64,000 nt of DNA. It comes from a virus. The stretch covers positions 120,079-184,078 of IMG/VR virus record IMGVR_UViG_3300046167_000924; one strand, 5' to 3'. Shown here in pieces: positions 29,285-39,212 of the stretch. The notes beneath the pieces were generated by a model. The model made no database searches, was not told the origin of the DNA, and saw nothing but the letters and a program-made list of their open reading frames with translations. The number at the start of each line of letters is the position of its first letter. Position 1 is the first letter of the stretch. The translations under genes and the position numbers were made by a program.

Positions 29285-30104
29285 TAACTTTCATTAACAC
29301 TCTTGATTCTGAGGGTGGAATATCTGAATAGTCGTTCCAATCTTTAACAGAATCATTTTGGTACAATCCTTTTTTCCAATAATCTCTTAATATAAATTTA
29401 AACTCTTCAAAATTAGAACAATTTAATTTGTCTTTTGCTAGTGATTCAATCATTGAATATGGAGTAATTGATCCTAGTTGAGAATTTTGTTGAGGAGCGG
29501 ATAGATTTGATTTGTCGATCTCATCATCTCCTACGATATGAACATTAAGAAAGTTTCTAACACAGCGAACAAATGCTCGGTTACATGCAATTGTTTCTAA
29601 AAATTTGGTTGCGAAATTGCTTGTGTTGTTTAATGTCGCGTTTGCCATATCTTGAAATGTAACTGCTTGGCCACCTGTTTCATAATTTGGTAAAAACTTC
29701 ATTTTGCAAGTTGCTGCTACGTGATCCATTTCACATTTAACAATATCATATTGTACATCCATAAAGCCTCTTAATTTTGCCAACTCTTTAATTCCGCTAA
29801 GCTTGATTAGTAGTTGATGATCTTTTAATCCTTCGATCGATCGAGGAACATCTTTCTTTCGAAGATCGAACCAAGATTTGTTTGGAAATAAATGCTCGTC
29901 CTTAATCATTGATCGCCAGTTAACAGAGCCGTCTTCTGCAAATACATAATCTACATTACCTAGTAGTCCGTATTCGTCTCTTTGGAACTTTGCTGGGCCG
30001 TCTGCGTATTTTTTATTCAACGCTCTTTTTGTTACGGTTGGCGAAGTGGTTGTAGATTCGTATGTTACTGAATTATCAGATACTGTTTTTGTTTTGCGTG
30101 CCAT
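29274..30104 (-). CDS. Conserved phage protein, possibly Rad52/Sak-like ssDNA annealing protein
   Basis: 'LLIKLSGIKELAKLRG..V.Y..V......ATC....ETIACNRAFVRCVRNFL' has a Rad52-like layout. Start taken at MARKTK (30104). Confidence 0.4.
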   Translation of the reverse strand: MARKTKTVSDNSVTYESTTTSPTVTKRALNKKYADGPAKFQRDEYGLLGNVDYVFAEDGSVNWRSMIKDEHLFPNKSWFDLRKKDVPRSIEGLKDHQLLIKLSGIKELAKLRGFMDVQYDIVKCEMDHVAATCKMKFLPNYETGGQAVTFQDMANATLNNTSNFATKFLETIACNRAFVRCVRNFLNVHIVGDDEIDKSNLSAPQQNSQLGSITPYSMIESLAKDKLNCSNFEEFKFILRDYWKKGLYQNDSVKDWNDYSDIPPSESRVLMKVINS

Positions 30105-31263
30105 GGTTGTCATCGTTATAAATTTTTAGTGTGTTTAATTCTTCCCAAAATTCTGGGCAGTCTATGATTTTATTCTCTGTCGCTGGCACATCATGAATCC
30201 ATGCAGCTTTACTTGCATATGTTTGTCCGTTTGATATGATAGTTCTAGAGTTTTTATAACGAGTATTATCGCATATTTTATCAACATTGTCAAGATCTTT
30301 TTTTGTTTTATCTTGATGTAGTGTTATATTCCAGTCAAAAAACTTTAATCTTAAATCATTAATTTCATCTTCATTTTTGCATATTAGATTTAATGGTATG
30401 CCGTTTTTCTTTAGTGATTGAATGTAATTTTCATCTGTATCTGATGATACTATATAATTGATTCTTAGTATACTAGATTTTATTGCGAGTAGATATTGCA
30501 ATTTCATTGGTTGGTCTAGGAAGATGTTTGCCATTCGTCCATACGCCCACTGTGCAATATTCTGTTCGTCAAAACATTCATCTCCTAGGATGTTTATTGA
30601 GTTACCTTTTATGAAGTCTGTAGGCATTACATGATTTGGTATTACAGATATTGATGGTAGGTGATATTCTTTACCAATGTGAAATGTTTCAATGTTGTTT
30701 AGATTATTTTTTATATCAAGAAGTTTTAATACAGATTGCGCGATTTTCTCGGGCATAATCATGTTTATGGTTTTTGGGTTTTCTTGATTTGAAAACGAAG
30801 CCTTGTGTCCACCGCGGTGAGATTCAAATAATTCGTGATTTTCTTTTTTACCCCAATATGGGCCGCAACATTCTTTGTATAGTATACTATATAGTGAAAC
30901 TATTTTTTTATCAAAGCCTGATGCTACATGAGTGCTAAATGAATCATTTCCAAAATGTAATAAACTATTTTGTATAATATAAAATGTTTGTTTTAGATTT
31001 GTTAATCCTGTATAATGTAAACAGCCATTTATTTTTTTATCGTCTTTCTCTCCTATTTGTATGATGTCAATTCCTTCTTTTTGTAAATAGGGAAAAATCA
31101 TTTGTATTACTTCATTATAATAGTCATAATTTTTAGCCTGCATCCCGCTACTCGCATGTAGGGTAATATACTTTTTAGACGGAATTGGGAAGAAGCAAGT
31201 TTCAACAAATGGTTTGTCGATTTTTACTCCACAAGATAATGCGTATTGTTCTATGAGGTGCAT
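30076..31263 (-). CDS. GT9 (heptosyltransferase-like) C-terminal lobe protein
   Basis: 'ITLHASSGMQAKNYDYY..IIQIG..GLTNLKQTFYIIQNSLLHFGNDSFSTHVASGFDKKIVSLYS'. Confidence 0.75.
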   Translation of the reverse strand: MHLIEQYALSCGVKIDKPFVETCFFPIPSKKYITLHASSGMQAKNYDYYNEVIQMIFPYLQKEGIDIIQIGEKDDKKINGCLHYTGLTNLKQTFYIIQNSLLHFGNDSFSTHVASGFDKKIVSLYSILYKECCGPYWGKKENHELFESHRGGHKASFSNQENPKTINMIMPEKIAQSVLKLLDIKNNLNNIETFHIGKEYHLPSISVIPNHVMPTDFIKGNSINILGDECFDEQNIAQWAYGRMANIFLDQPMKLQYLLAIKSSILRINYIVSSDTDENYIQSLKKNGIPLNLICKNEDEINDLRLKFFDWNITLHQDKTKKDLDNVDKICDNTRYKNSRTIISNGQTYASKAAWIHDVPATENKIIDCPEFWEELNTLKIYNDDNHGTQNKNSI

Positions 31264-33161
31264 AAGTCGAATTGAATTTTATCTTTACCATTGTGCATAT
31301 AATTTAACATTCTTTGGGTTCCTATGTGAGGTAAGAAGGCTATTTCAAAATAACCTTTATGCTGCCCCTGTCCTTCAAGTAATACTAAGCTGTCTAATGA
31401 TTTAGAATATGGAATGGTTTTGTGAATATATGGATTACCTTCTAGGATGATAAAGTATTTTTGTTCTGTTGCGAAGTATATATTATATTCTGGGTATACT
31501 TCTTTTATATTTTTTAATAATGATGTACATAGATAAACATCACCTATACTTTGAGGCATGCATATCAATAACCTTTTACCTTCATCGTCTTTATCTAGTA
31601 ATTCTTCAAATTTTATTTTTTTGTTTTTTCCATTTTCTTTTTCTGCAACTTTTTTGAAGTGATCTAATACATCTTTTCTTTTTAGATCAGTAGATAATCT
31701 TTTCATCCAATGTTTATGACCTTCGTCCGAATCTTTTATGTCGAGTTTTAAAATGTTTTTATATATATCTTTTAGCCAATCAGAATCTTTTTCGATCTCG
31801 GGCGGTTCATAATTAGAATCTCTCTCTTCTGGTGAAAATTCAAAATCCCAGTTTACCTCTGGCATTGCGTCAATAATCTTTTCAAGTTTTTCACAGACAG
31901 CTTCAATGCTGTAATTTTTAATAACAAACTCTCTGGCTTGTTTACCTAAGGATTCTCTTTTTTCAGGTTTCATTTTAAAAACCTTTTTGAGTTGGCTGGC
32001 AATACTGTTTGCGTCTGTACTTGCTTTAATAAATTGCGTACCCGGTTCTCTATACTCGCTCCAGTTTAACGCAAAACCTCCACTATCTGGCGTACAGCAA
32101 TCTTCTCCGCAGCTGTAGTTTGTTACTAGCGTTACGAGCTCTGTTAATTTAGCTTCTTGAATTGGTATTTCTTGACCACCGCTTGTAAATGGGTGGCAAT
32201 AAACATCCATCATGTTGTAAATTTCATTCAACTGTTCTTCATCGATACCTAATTTACTACTTGTTGTTGCTTGCGATTTTTTTGAACCGCAATGCCCACA
32301 GTCGATATCTTCACCTTCATAGCTTTTGACTTCATATTTTTTACATTTTTTGCAAACGTAAGTCGTTAAGACTCTTGACTTGTCTATACCTTTTTCGTCC
32401 ATCAATCTCGTTATGTCCCACCCTTCTTTCCAGTGGGTGTGGAGTAGTAGTTTTGCGGAAGAGGATGGATTTTGCTCGCAGAAGATTTTGAACCCCTCGA
32501 GTAAATTTGGCACGCTTTTTCTCAGCTGATTCCTGAATACAAAACCTATTATAAAATCATTTTCTTTTATATTGTTGGTTTTCCTTAGGAGTTCTCTTTG
32601 CTTCTCTGGTAGCTTAGAGAAATTTTTTGTATCAACTGCTCCGTGCAGAGTTTTAACATGGTCGTGCCCCATTTCATTTAAGGCTTTTTCTGCAAATGTA
32701 GACCAAGTATAGTAGTTTTTTATTTTGGGCGCAGCTTTAACTGCGTCTGGAAGTATGGGTAGGCTGTCTAAAGTTGTCCAAATCATACAATTGGTTTTGT
32801 TCCACCAAGGTCTTTCCGTATAACCCGTGAACGCCCATATATCTTCTATGCCGATATACACATCAGGTTTTTCTTGCTTGATTATGTTATCAATTGTATA
32901 GTTACCGTAAGCTGCTGATCTAGCTAAATTAGGGTCTTTATTTAATTGCTGCAATAATGCTGGATTATCTGGTAGTGACCCCTCACATTTCCATGGTAGC
33001 ATTTTAAGAGAAGCGTCTCCGCTCTTGATTGAGTTTGAGAGCTCTACTAAATCATATTTTCCAGTTTTGTATAAATGAATTAATATATTCTTAGTATGCT
33101 TCCCGAACCCAGTAAAAGCCTTACAATGATTACTGTGAATTAAGACTTTCTTTTTCTTCAT
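31251..33161 (-). CDS. GT4 glycosyltransferase with Zn-ribbon insert and C-terminal GT9 N-lobe
   Basis: 'TGFG' N-terminus; 'RNQLRKSVPNLLEGF'; CKKC..CGHC; 'DVYCHPFTSGGQEIPIQEAK' (GT-B); tail 'LLICMPQSIGDVYLCTSLLKNIKEVYPE..IYFAT..NPYIHK'. Confidence 0.85.
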   Translation of the reverse strand: MKKKKVLIHSNHCKAFTGFGKHTKNILIHLYKTGKYDLVELSNSIKSGDASLKMLPWKCEGSLPDNPALLQQLNKDPNLARSAAYGNYTIDNIIKQEKPDVYIGIEDIWAFTGYTERPWWNKTNCMIWTTLDSLPILPDAVKAAPKIKNYYTWSTFAEKALNEMGHDHVKTLHGAVDTKNFSKLPEKQRELLRKTNNIKENDFIIGFVFRNQLRKSVPNLLEGFKIFCEQNPSSSAKLLLHTHWKEGWDITRLMDEKGIDKSRVLTTYVCKKCKKYEVKSYEGEDIDCGHCGSKKSQATTSSKLGIDEEQLNEIYNMMDVYCHPFTSGGQEIPIQEAKLTELVTLVTNYSCGEDCCTPDSGGFALNWSEYREPGTQFIKASTDANSIASQLKKVFKMKPEKRESLGKQAREFVIKNYSIEAVCEKLEKIIDAMPEVNWDFEFSPEERDSNYEPPEIEKDSDWLKDIYKNILKLDIKDSDEGHKHWMKRLSTDLKRKDVLDHFKKVAEKENGKNKKIKFEELLDKDDEGKRLLICMPQSIGDVYLCTSLLKNIKEVYPEYNIYFATEQKYFIILEGNPYIHKTIPYSKSLDSLVLLEGQGQHKGYFEIAFLPHIGTQRMLNYMHNGKDKIQFDLCTS

Positions 33162-33719
33162 TTAAAAAGGAGCTTCTTGCGGTAGTTCTGTAGGTTTTGT
33201 TTCTTGTTGTTCTTTTTTGTACTTTTGTATGTTTTTAATTTCTTCTTTTCTTCTGTGTGAGTACAACTCCTGTAGGTAGAATTTAAAAAATTGATCTAAG
33301 TTCTCAACTTCTCCTGGTTCAAGCGGAACCCTGAACGATTGATTTCCGTTTCTTGTGAATGTAATTCCGAAAGCAGGTAGTGTTATTGATCCGTTTTGAG
33401 TTTTTGATTGTTTATCCCAAGGTACAAACTTGATTGATGTTTTATTATCTTCGTAACTGTGGAATGCCGAATATTCATATCTCCTATTGAAAGCGCTAAT
33501 TATTCCACCAATCTCAAATTCACTAAATTTTAAATTGATATTTTTTTCGGGGTTATCCTTGTTGCCTGAAAAGTTTCCGGATTTTTTCTTATCATCCCAA
33601 CTGTACTGTTGGATCGCGCTAACATAAACGACTGGTTCTTTATTTCTGTTTACGCCGATTTTAAAATTAAAAGCGCACCCTAAATTCTTACTGTTTGGTT
33701 TATATAATGAAATACTCAT
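33162..33719 (-). CDS. Hypothetical protein, possible Whirly/PC4-like ssDNA-binding fold
   Basis: Start MSISLYKPN (ATG 33719). Pattern 'SLYK..W...K.NLKFSEFEIGGII..FH' plus an acidic 'EAPF' tail like SSBs. Confidence 0.35.
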   Translation of the reverse strand: MSISLYKPNSKNLGCAFNFKIGVNRNKEPVVYVSAIQQYSWDDKKKSGNFSGNKDNPEKNINLKFSEFEIGGIISAFNRRYEYSAFHSYEDNKTSIKFVPWDKQSKTQNGSITLPAFGITFTRNGNQSFRVPLEPGEVENLDQFFKFYLQELYSHRRKEEIKNIQKYKKEQQETKPTELPQEAPF

Positions 33720-33752
33720 AACAGATACTATAACCAAACTCTATTTTGTCAA
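33719..33752 (-). promoter_or_regulatory. Possible sigma70-type promoter (leaderless)
   Basis: TTGACA (33752-33747), then TATAGT/TAGTAT 14/16 nt later, 11-13 nt before ATG 33719. Spacing is suboptimal. Confidence 0.3.
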
Positions 33753-33760
33753 TTTTTTAT

Positions 33761-34630
33761 TTATAATTCTTTTATATTGTGGCACCAGCGCTCTTCTGAT
33801 CTTAATGCATCATACTTTCTGTAACTAGAAGTCCAGATTCTGTTTGGTAAACTATTTATTCTTATGATGTCAAAATGCTTTTGCATTAACTCAATAGATT
33901 TTGTATAGTCGAATTGATCACGGCTATTTTTTATTGGGTCAAAATATGTTTCAATCGCCGCTTTACAGATGATTTGTTCTGGGGAAAGTTTTGTCGGTAT
34001 AGATGATAGTTCGGTTGATTTTTCGAAAACCTTTATCATGCGACTCGTTTGCCCTCCTATGAAGTGGTCAGAGGGATGAAATTTAATTTCATTATCAAAT
34101 CTAAAATATATATTAGAAGTTACAAGTTTAAACCAATTATGAATTCCTTTTTCGTTTTTACTATCTCTATTCTCTTTTATCTTTTTTAGTATAGGATTTA
34201 TTACAGGATAAGATTCATCTGATCTAAATTTTATTGAGAGAAAGTTTTTCGCTGCTTTGAGCCCTTCTAATGTAGAGTAGTTTTGGAAAATATAAGGATT
34301 CTTTGCTCCAGACCTTACAGATAGTTTTGAGGCTTTTTTGAAGTCGTTGATTACTAATGTAATTTTATCTTTGTATTTTTCTATTAAATTTAAATTATCA
34401 TTATCCCAGCAAGACACAATTACTTCGCCGTATTCTAAATATTGAGGTATTGTATTTATTGATCTTAAATGAAGTGGGCCTTGTATAATTATTGATACTT
34501 GATCCTCTGACTTTTCAAACCTTTTTAATAAGTTTTTTTGCAGAGTGATCGCAAAATTAGTAAAGGTTGGAACGTAATTTAATTCTTTACCTGATTGATC
34601 TTTTAGTTTATGCGGGTTCCATCGATTCAT
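33761..34630 (-). CDS. WavE-like LPS synthesis protein
   Basis: 'SIIIQGP..EVIVSCWD..N..FQNYSTLEGLKAAK..SIKFRSDE..D.FIGG' matches the WavE pattern. Confidence 0.75.
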   Translation of the reverse strand: MNRWNPHKLKDQSGKELNYVPTFTNFAITLQKNLLKRFEKSEDQVSIIIQGPLHLRSINTIPQYLEYGEVIVSCWDNDNLNLIEKYKDKITLVINDFKKASKLSVRSGAKNPYIFQNYSTLEGLKAAKNFLSIKFRSDESYPVINPILKKIKENRDSKNEKGIHNWFKLVTSNIYFRFDNEIKFHPSDHFIGGQTSRMIKVFEKSTELSSIPTKLSPEQIICKAAIETYFDPIKNSRDQFDYTKSIELMQKHFDIIRINSLPNRIWTSSYRKYDALRSEERWCHNIKEL

Positions 34631-35049
34631 ACTAAGAAGTCAGAGCATAAGCCAAAGCAGGGCGGCCCTGAGTAATTTCTAGCGTCATCTACAACTAGAA
34701 CACTTTTATTACTAACTCTTTTGCCAGGGTAAGTCCAGACGAAGTTTCTGGAGGTTAAAGTAAAGTCGTCTGTTTCATGCCAAAAATAGTTTAGTAATGT
34801 AAATTCACTAAGTATATCTAACGCTTCTAGGTTTTTGCAATGAATCCATAAATGCTTGAAGTTTTTTATTAAAAATTTCATAGGGCACGGACTCTCTGGT
34901 TTATCGTGCCCCAACCAGAGCTGGTTTCTGGCCCAGACATCTATTTCTACATCAAACCCTTTATCGAGAGCTTCCTGTATGTAATCTATAGTGTTCTCTC
35001 TTTCTGGCTTAGGGCCATTAATATTTCCTCTATGGGAGACGAATATCAT
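34627..35049 (-). CDS. Small GDPD-like phosphodiesterase
   Basis: 'SHRGN..G..ENT..YI..AL..GFDVEIDVW..LWLGHD..WIHCKN.EAL..FWHETD'. Confidence 0.8.
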   Translation of the reverse strand: MIFVSHRGNINGPKPERENTIDYIQEALDKGFDVEIDVWARNQLWLGHDKPESPCPMKFLIKNFKHLWIHCKNLEALDILSEFTLLNYFWHETDDFTLTSRNFVWTYPGKRVSNKSVLVVDDARNYSGPPCFGLCSDFLV

Positions 35050-36406
35050 GTTTTAAAAAAGTATCTAGATCTTCAGGGGTTCCAAGTCCCCACATCTTAT
35101 CTATATTAAAAGTTTTTACTCTTGCCCCGATTAATAAAGCTTCGTTATAAACTGGGCATACATAGAATTCATTATTGACTCTTATATTTTTCTCGACCAT
35201 AGATTCTGCACATGAAACATAATCACTTCCTTTTTTCCAGAAATAAATTCCAACTGTAGCGTTATCACTAATAGGTTTCTTTTCCGCGACTTCCGTAACA
35301 AACCCCTCTTCGTTTAATTTTGCATAACTCCATTTTGGGTGGGTCGAGCGAAATGTTAAGATTGAGCCGTCTATATCGTCCGCCATGCAGGAATACATAA
35401 ATTGATTACTCTCCCATTCGACATACTGATCTGAGTTTGCTAGAATTAATGGTTCGTCATTATTTATAAATTCTTTAGCGAGTAATGTGGTGCATGCAGC
35501 GCCCTCCGTCATGCCCTCCACTTGAACTATTTCGCAATTCGGAGATATTAAATTTAAAGTATGTTGTAGGGAGTATTTTTCGTAGTGAGATTTTTGAACA
35601 ATAAATATGTGTCTTGCGTCGATGTTTAGATTCTCTACAACTCTCTGTATCATGGGTTTACCATTGACATCTATTAAGGGTTTAGGGAAGGTATATCCCG
35701 CCTGTTCAAATCTGGAGCCAGCTCCAGCCATGGGTATTAATACGTTCATTTTGCCTCCTTGCCATTTTGGTGAAATTTGCGATTTTTTATCTGCATTAAG
35801 TATAGTACTATTAATTTTATCAAATGTCAAGTCATTAGAATCCTTGACTGCACATAAATGTGCGCCACTTCTTATTGCGCCCTTTCTTCCTATGTGAGAA
35901 TCTTCAATGATTACTGTCTCGTCAGGGTTGACTCCGACTTTTATCATGCATCTCATGTATATCTCGGCGTTGGGTTTCGGGTTGTTTACGTCTTCATTTG
36001 AATATAAAAAATCTATATAATCAAAAAAACCTTTTCTTATTAGCATTAATTTTGAAGTCTCTCTTATAGAGTTTGTTGCGCATGCAATTTTGTAGTTTTG
36101 CGATTTTAATTTTTTAAAAATATCTATTATTCTGTAGTCGCGCTGATAGTTATCTATTTCTTGTAATGTTTTTTGCTGCTTAAGTTTCCAGATTCTGTTG
36201 TGATATTTTTCTGGAAGATTTTTTTCGGCGCTTAACTTTTTTAATTTTTGAGTTGTTGTTAAAGCATCATACTTACAAAGATGTTCTTCTTTATTAATTG
36301 TATATTGATCACCTATTTCAGATAAAGCTTTGTTGAGAGCAATATAATGTAACTCGCGAGAATCAACTAACACTCCATCTAAATCAAATATAATTAATTT
36401 AATCAT
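35030..36406 (-). CDS. HAD phosphatase fused to a BcbE-like nucleotidyltransferase
   Basis: N-terminal 'FDLDGVLVDS..KPNAEIY..IIEDSH.G'; C-terminal 'NVLIPMAGAGSRF..GY..PKPLI..GAACT..ANSDQ..EKKPISDNATVGIYFWKKG..EFYVCPVYN..GLGTPEDL'. Confidence 0.9.
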   Translation of the reverse strand: MIKLIIFDLDGVLVDSRELHYIALNKALSEIGDQYTINKEEHLCKYDALTTTQKLKKLSAEKNLPEKYHNRIWKLKQQKTLQEIDNYQRDYRIIDIFKKLKSQNYKIACATNSIRETSKLMLIRKGFFDYIDFLYSNEDVNNPKPNAEIYMRCMIKVGVNPDETVIIEDSHIGRKGAIRSGAHLCAVKDSNDLTFDKINSTILNADKKSQISPKWQGGKMNVLIPMAGAGSRFEQAGYTFPKPLIDVNGKPMIQRVVENLNIDARHIFIVQKSHYEKYSLQHTLNLISPNCEIVQVEGMTEGAACTTLLAKEFINNDEPLILANSDQYVEWESNQFMYSCMADDIDGSILTFRSTHPKWSYAKLNEEGFVTEVAEKKPISDNATVGIYFWKKGSDYVSCAESMVEKNIRVNNEFYVCPVYNEALLIGARVKTFNIDKMWGLGTPEDLDTFLKHDIRLP

Positions 36407-37124
36407 TTATATAAGTTAAGTATTTCTTCCAATCATCATGTATTCTAATATCGTATTTTCCTTGATGATCCATAAATAGATGACTGTCTATTTTGTTGTA
36501 AAGCGCCCAATATAAAAGTACACTATTGAAGCCTATAAATTTTTTACTTTGACTGATAACTTCAAGCGTTTTTTTTAGTGAAAATTTACCGCTGAAGCTT
36601 TTACCGAATGAAGGATTAGTTTCTTCTATTCCAACCCAGCAAACTTTACTTTTATCAAAATTAAAATTGTTCAAATATTCTAATATTGGTCTTTTATTAA
36701 TATGCCTTTTCTTTCCTTCGTTTTTTACTCCGCCGTTTACTTGTATGCATAAATCATATTTTTTCTCGACTGTATTGTTTATATAAGAGTTTTTAAAACC
36801 TTCATCAATGCACGGTTGCCAGTGGAAATCTCTAGGCGGGCATTTGATTTGACCATGGGCGCACACATTAAAACATTTATCGAATTTACTATGATTTGAT
36901 TGCCACCAATATCTTAAATTGGGGGTATATACTAGTTCGTAATTTATGTTAAATATGTCAAGAAGTTCTCCACACATTAATAACTTTTCTTTGGTTGATT
37001 CCATGTGGGTATATAATTGATATTGTTTTTGTTCAAGTAATTTGAGTATAATTATTAAACAATCACCAACTCCACCGTAGCCTAATGCTTTTTGAATCAC
37101 AAGGTTAAGCTTACGTTTCCCCAT
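36399..37124 (-). CDS. GT9-like / GT-B glycosyltransferase
   Basis: 'GYGGVGDCL' N-terminus and 'SLKKTLEVISQSKKFIGFNSVLLYWA' GT9-like C-lobe. Confidence 0.55.
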   Translation of the reverse strand: MGKRKLNLVIQKALGYGGVGDCLIIILKLLEQKQYQLYTHMESTKEKLLMCGELLDIFNINYELVYTPNLRYWWQSNHSKFDKCFNVCAHGQIKCPPRDFHWQPCIDEGFKNSYINNTVEKKYDLCIQVNGGVKNEGKKRHINKRPILEYLNNFNFDKSKVCWVGIEETNPSFGKSFSGKFSLKKTLEVISQSKKFIGFNSVLLYWALYNKIDSHLFMDHQGKYDIRIHDDWKKYLTYIND

Positions 37125-37717
37125 GTGCCCACTGATTTATAACCTATCTTGCGAAATGAATTTATGACGCCAAGGCAATCCTCCTTGTCGCTCAATGGGT
37201 TAATTTCAAAAATAATTTTTTTTGCTGGTTTAGTGTTTTTTTTCTCTAACGCTGATAGGTATGATTTTAGTATTGTTGCATCATGACCCTCTGCGTCTAT
37301 TTTTATTAAATCGCAAGAGTCTACCTCTTGTTCTCTTATTAAGGATTCGAAAGAAAGTATTTTTATATCTGATTCACTAATTATTTTATTAGGTAGGTTG
37401 AATTTGTCAATCAATTTGAGTTGAGCTGGGTGAGGTTTGTTTATTGAGTTGCATCCTTGTATATATGCGTACATTTTAAAATCTAAACCCCTATCTTTGC
37501 AGAAATTCTTAATAGTGTCTTTTGTTATGTGAAAGACTTTACCAGGTCTATCTTTATCGCTTATCGCGTAATTTAATTTTTTAACATTAGTTTTATTGGG
37601 CAAATCATTTAAGTATTCTTTTACTGGATCAATAGATAAACCTTTGGATTCATTTGAGCATTGTTGTATGATAGTTTCGAAATTTGATGTTCCTATTTCT
37701 ATAAAGTCATATTTCAT
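37097..37717 (-). CDS. FkbM-family methyltransferase
   Basis: 'FIEIGTS..SIDPV..NYAISD..DLIKIDAEGHDATIL..IFE'. Confidence 0.8.
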   Translation of the reverse strand: MKYDFIEIGTSNFETIIQQCSNESKGLSIDPVKEYLNDLPNKTNVKKLNYAISDKDRPGKVFHITKDTIKNFCKDRGLDFKMYAYIQGCNSINKPHPAQLKLIDKFNLPNKIISESDIKILSFESLIREQEVDSCDLIKIDAEGHDATILKSYLSALEKKNTKPAKKIIFEINPLSDKEDCLGVINSFRKIGYKSVGTWGNVSLTL

Positions 37718-37750
37718 TTATTTTAGTTTTATGTTTTCACTTTGATTATA

Positions 37751-38422
37751 TTATATTCCTGCCCAATCTTTATCTAGATATTCGTAGTGCTCTTGATCTG
37801 GAAAGAGTTCCGTATTAAATTTTCTGCATCGAGGCTCTATAAGCCAAAATGTTTTTTTTTCGTACTTTAAAACCTCTGGAACAAACTTTTCCCATAGGAA
37901 GACTTCATCTGATCCGAAGCGATCTTTGTTTGGGTATTCGTCTATTAAGTGTTTAACGGTAAAGGGGAGGTTTCTGGCGGAAACACCCCCAGCTTGATAA
38001 TATCTTTTATCCTTATGACGGGCACCTCTATTATGAACGAACCAGTTGAATAAAACCTTGTGATCTGTTTGCAGCCAACGATTGATGCTAATTATATCGT
38101 TTTCTTGAATCCTGAAGTCTAGATCTCTGCATATTGCTATGTCGCAGTCATCAAATGCCAGATACCTCCAGAAGCACCCAGCTCTCCCTTTTGCCCTGTC
38201 ACATTCGACTAACTCGGTGTTACTAAAACTTTCAAGGGATTTTATAATGTCCATTGGTGCGGTATTATCATAGTATAGCCGGAATTTCCAGTCTGGCATT
38301 GAACGCTCCATAAATCTTGCAGTTCTTGGCGCACCTACAGCGTATTTATAGTATGCTGCGTGATCTTTGTTAAATAATGAGGCTGATATTACTTTTTTCA
38401 TTTTATGACTTGCTGTGTTCAA
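37751..38422 (-). CDS. Uncharacterised GT-A-like protein
   Basis: 'KKVISASLF..Y..GA..PDWKFRLYYD..FWRYLAFDD..ICRDLD.R..D' with a DxD-like motif; sits in the glycan cluster. Confidence 0.5.
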   Translation of the reverse strand: MNTASHKMKKVISASLFNKDHAAYYKYAVGAPRTARFMERSMPDWKFRLYYDNTAPMDIIKSLESFSNTELVECDRAKGRAGCFWRYLAFDDCDIAICRDLDFRIQENDIISINRWLQTDHKVLFNWFVHNRGARHKDKRYYQAGGVSARNLPFTVKHLIDEYPNKDRFGSDEVFLWEKFVPEVLKYEKKTFWLIEPRCRKFNTELFPDQEHYEYLDKDWAGI

Positions 38423-39212
38423 GTATGAGGTTTGTGAAGTTTGCGTTTTTTAATAGCTTATGTTTTTGTAGGTATTTTGGGAGGTCTTTTGTCTCATGTT
38501 TTTTTAGTGATTTTAGCCATATTTTTAAATCTTGATTACCCCTGAGTATTAGGTCATTTTCTATGTAATGTGGGAAGTTTTTTTTATTATCTATTGTTCT
38601 ATGGTTTATTTTGAATTTTTGCCTGCTAGTGGTTTTACTATAAGATGGGTGATAGATATAGATATTATCTGGGTTGAGTGGAGATGAAAAGGGAACTCCA
38701 TTATATTCCATTTGATTACAAAAAATCCTGGAAGTTTTTATTCTGTTTATGTCAAGCCCAGAAAACCTAAAAAACCTTCCCATTGGCTTCCATTCTTCAT
38801 AAAACTCTAAACCATTCCAGAATAATTTATGCGTTGGATTTATCGATCTTATTTCGCTATTGAGGCTTTTTAGTAAATTATCTACTTCTTTTTCGTGGAA
38901 AATTTCATCCCCGTCTCCGTTTAAGTACCAGTCTGGGCTGTACTGTTTTGCTTTTTCTAGCGTAAATTTTCTATGGTCAACTTGAAGCTTTCCATTGTAA
39001 TGGAAAAGTTTTATTTTTTTTTGTGGATCAGGTAGAGATTTAATGAATTCTATTGTTCTGTCTCCGCTTCTTTCTGGGTTGCCGCTCTTTATGCCGCTTT
39101 CCCAGCAACCTTCTGTTATGATTATTTTGTGACAAAAATTATACAAACTCAGTATAGACTCTCTTATAAAGTCTTCTTCATTATAGCATTGTATTCCAGC
39201 TACAATTTTCAT
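38403..39212 (-). CDS. GT2 glycosyltransferase
   Basis: 'QCYNEEDFI..SGDRTIEFI..DWYLNGDGDE'. Confidence 0.8.
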   Translation of the reverse strand: MKIVAGIQCYNEEDFIRESILSLYNFCHKIIITEGCWESGIKSGNPERSGDRTIEFIKSLPDPQKKIKLFHYNGKLQVDHRKFTLEKAKQYSPDWYLNGDGDEIFHEKEVDNLLKSLNSEIRSINPTHKLFWNGLEFYEEWKPMGRFFRFSGLDINRIKTSRIFCNQMEYNGVPFSSPLNPDNIYIYHPSYSKTTSRQKFKINHRTIDNKKNFPHYIENDLILRGNQDLKIWLKSLKKHETKDLPKYLQKHKLLKNANFTNLILEHSKS

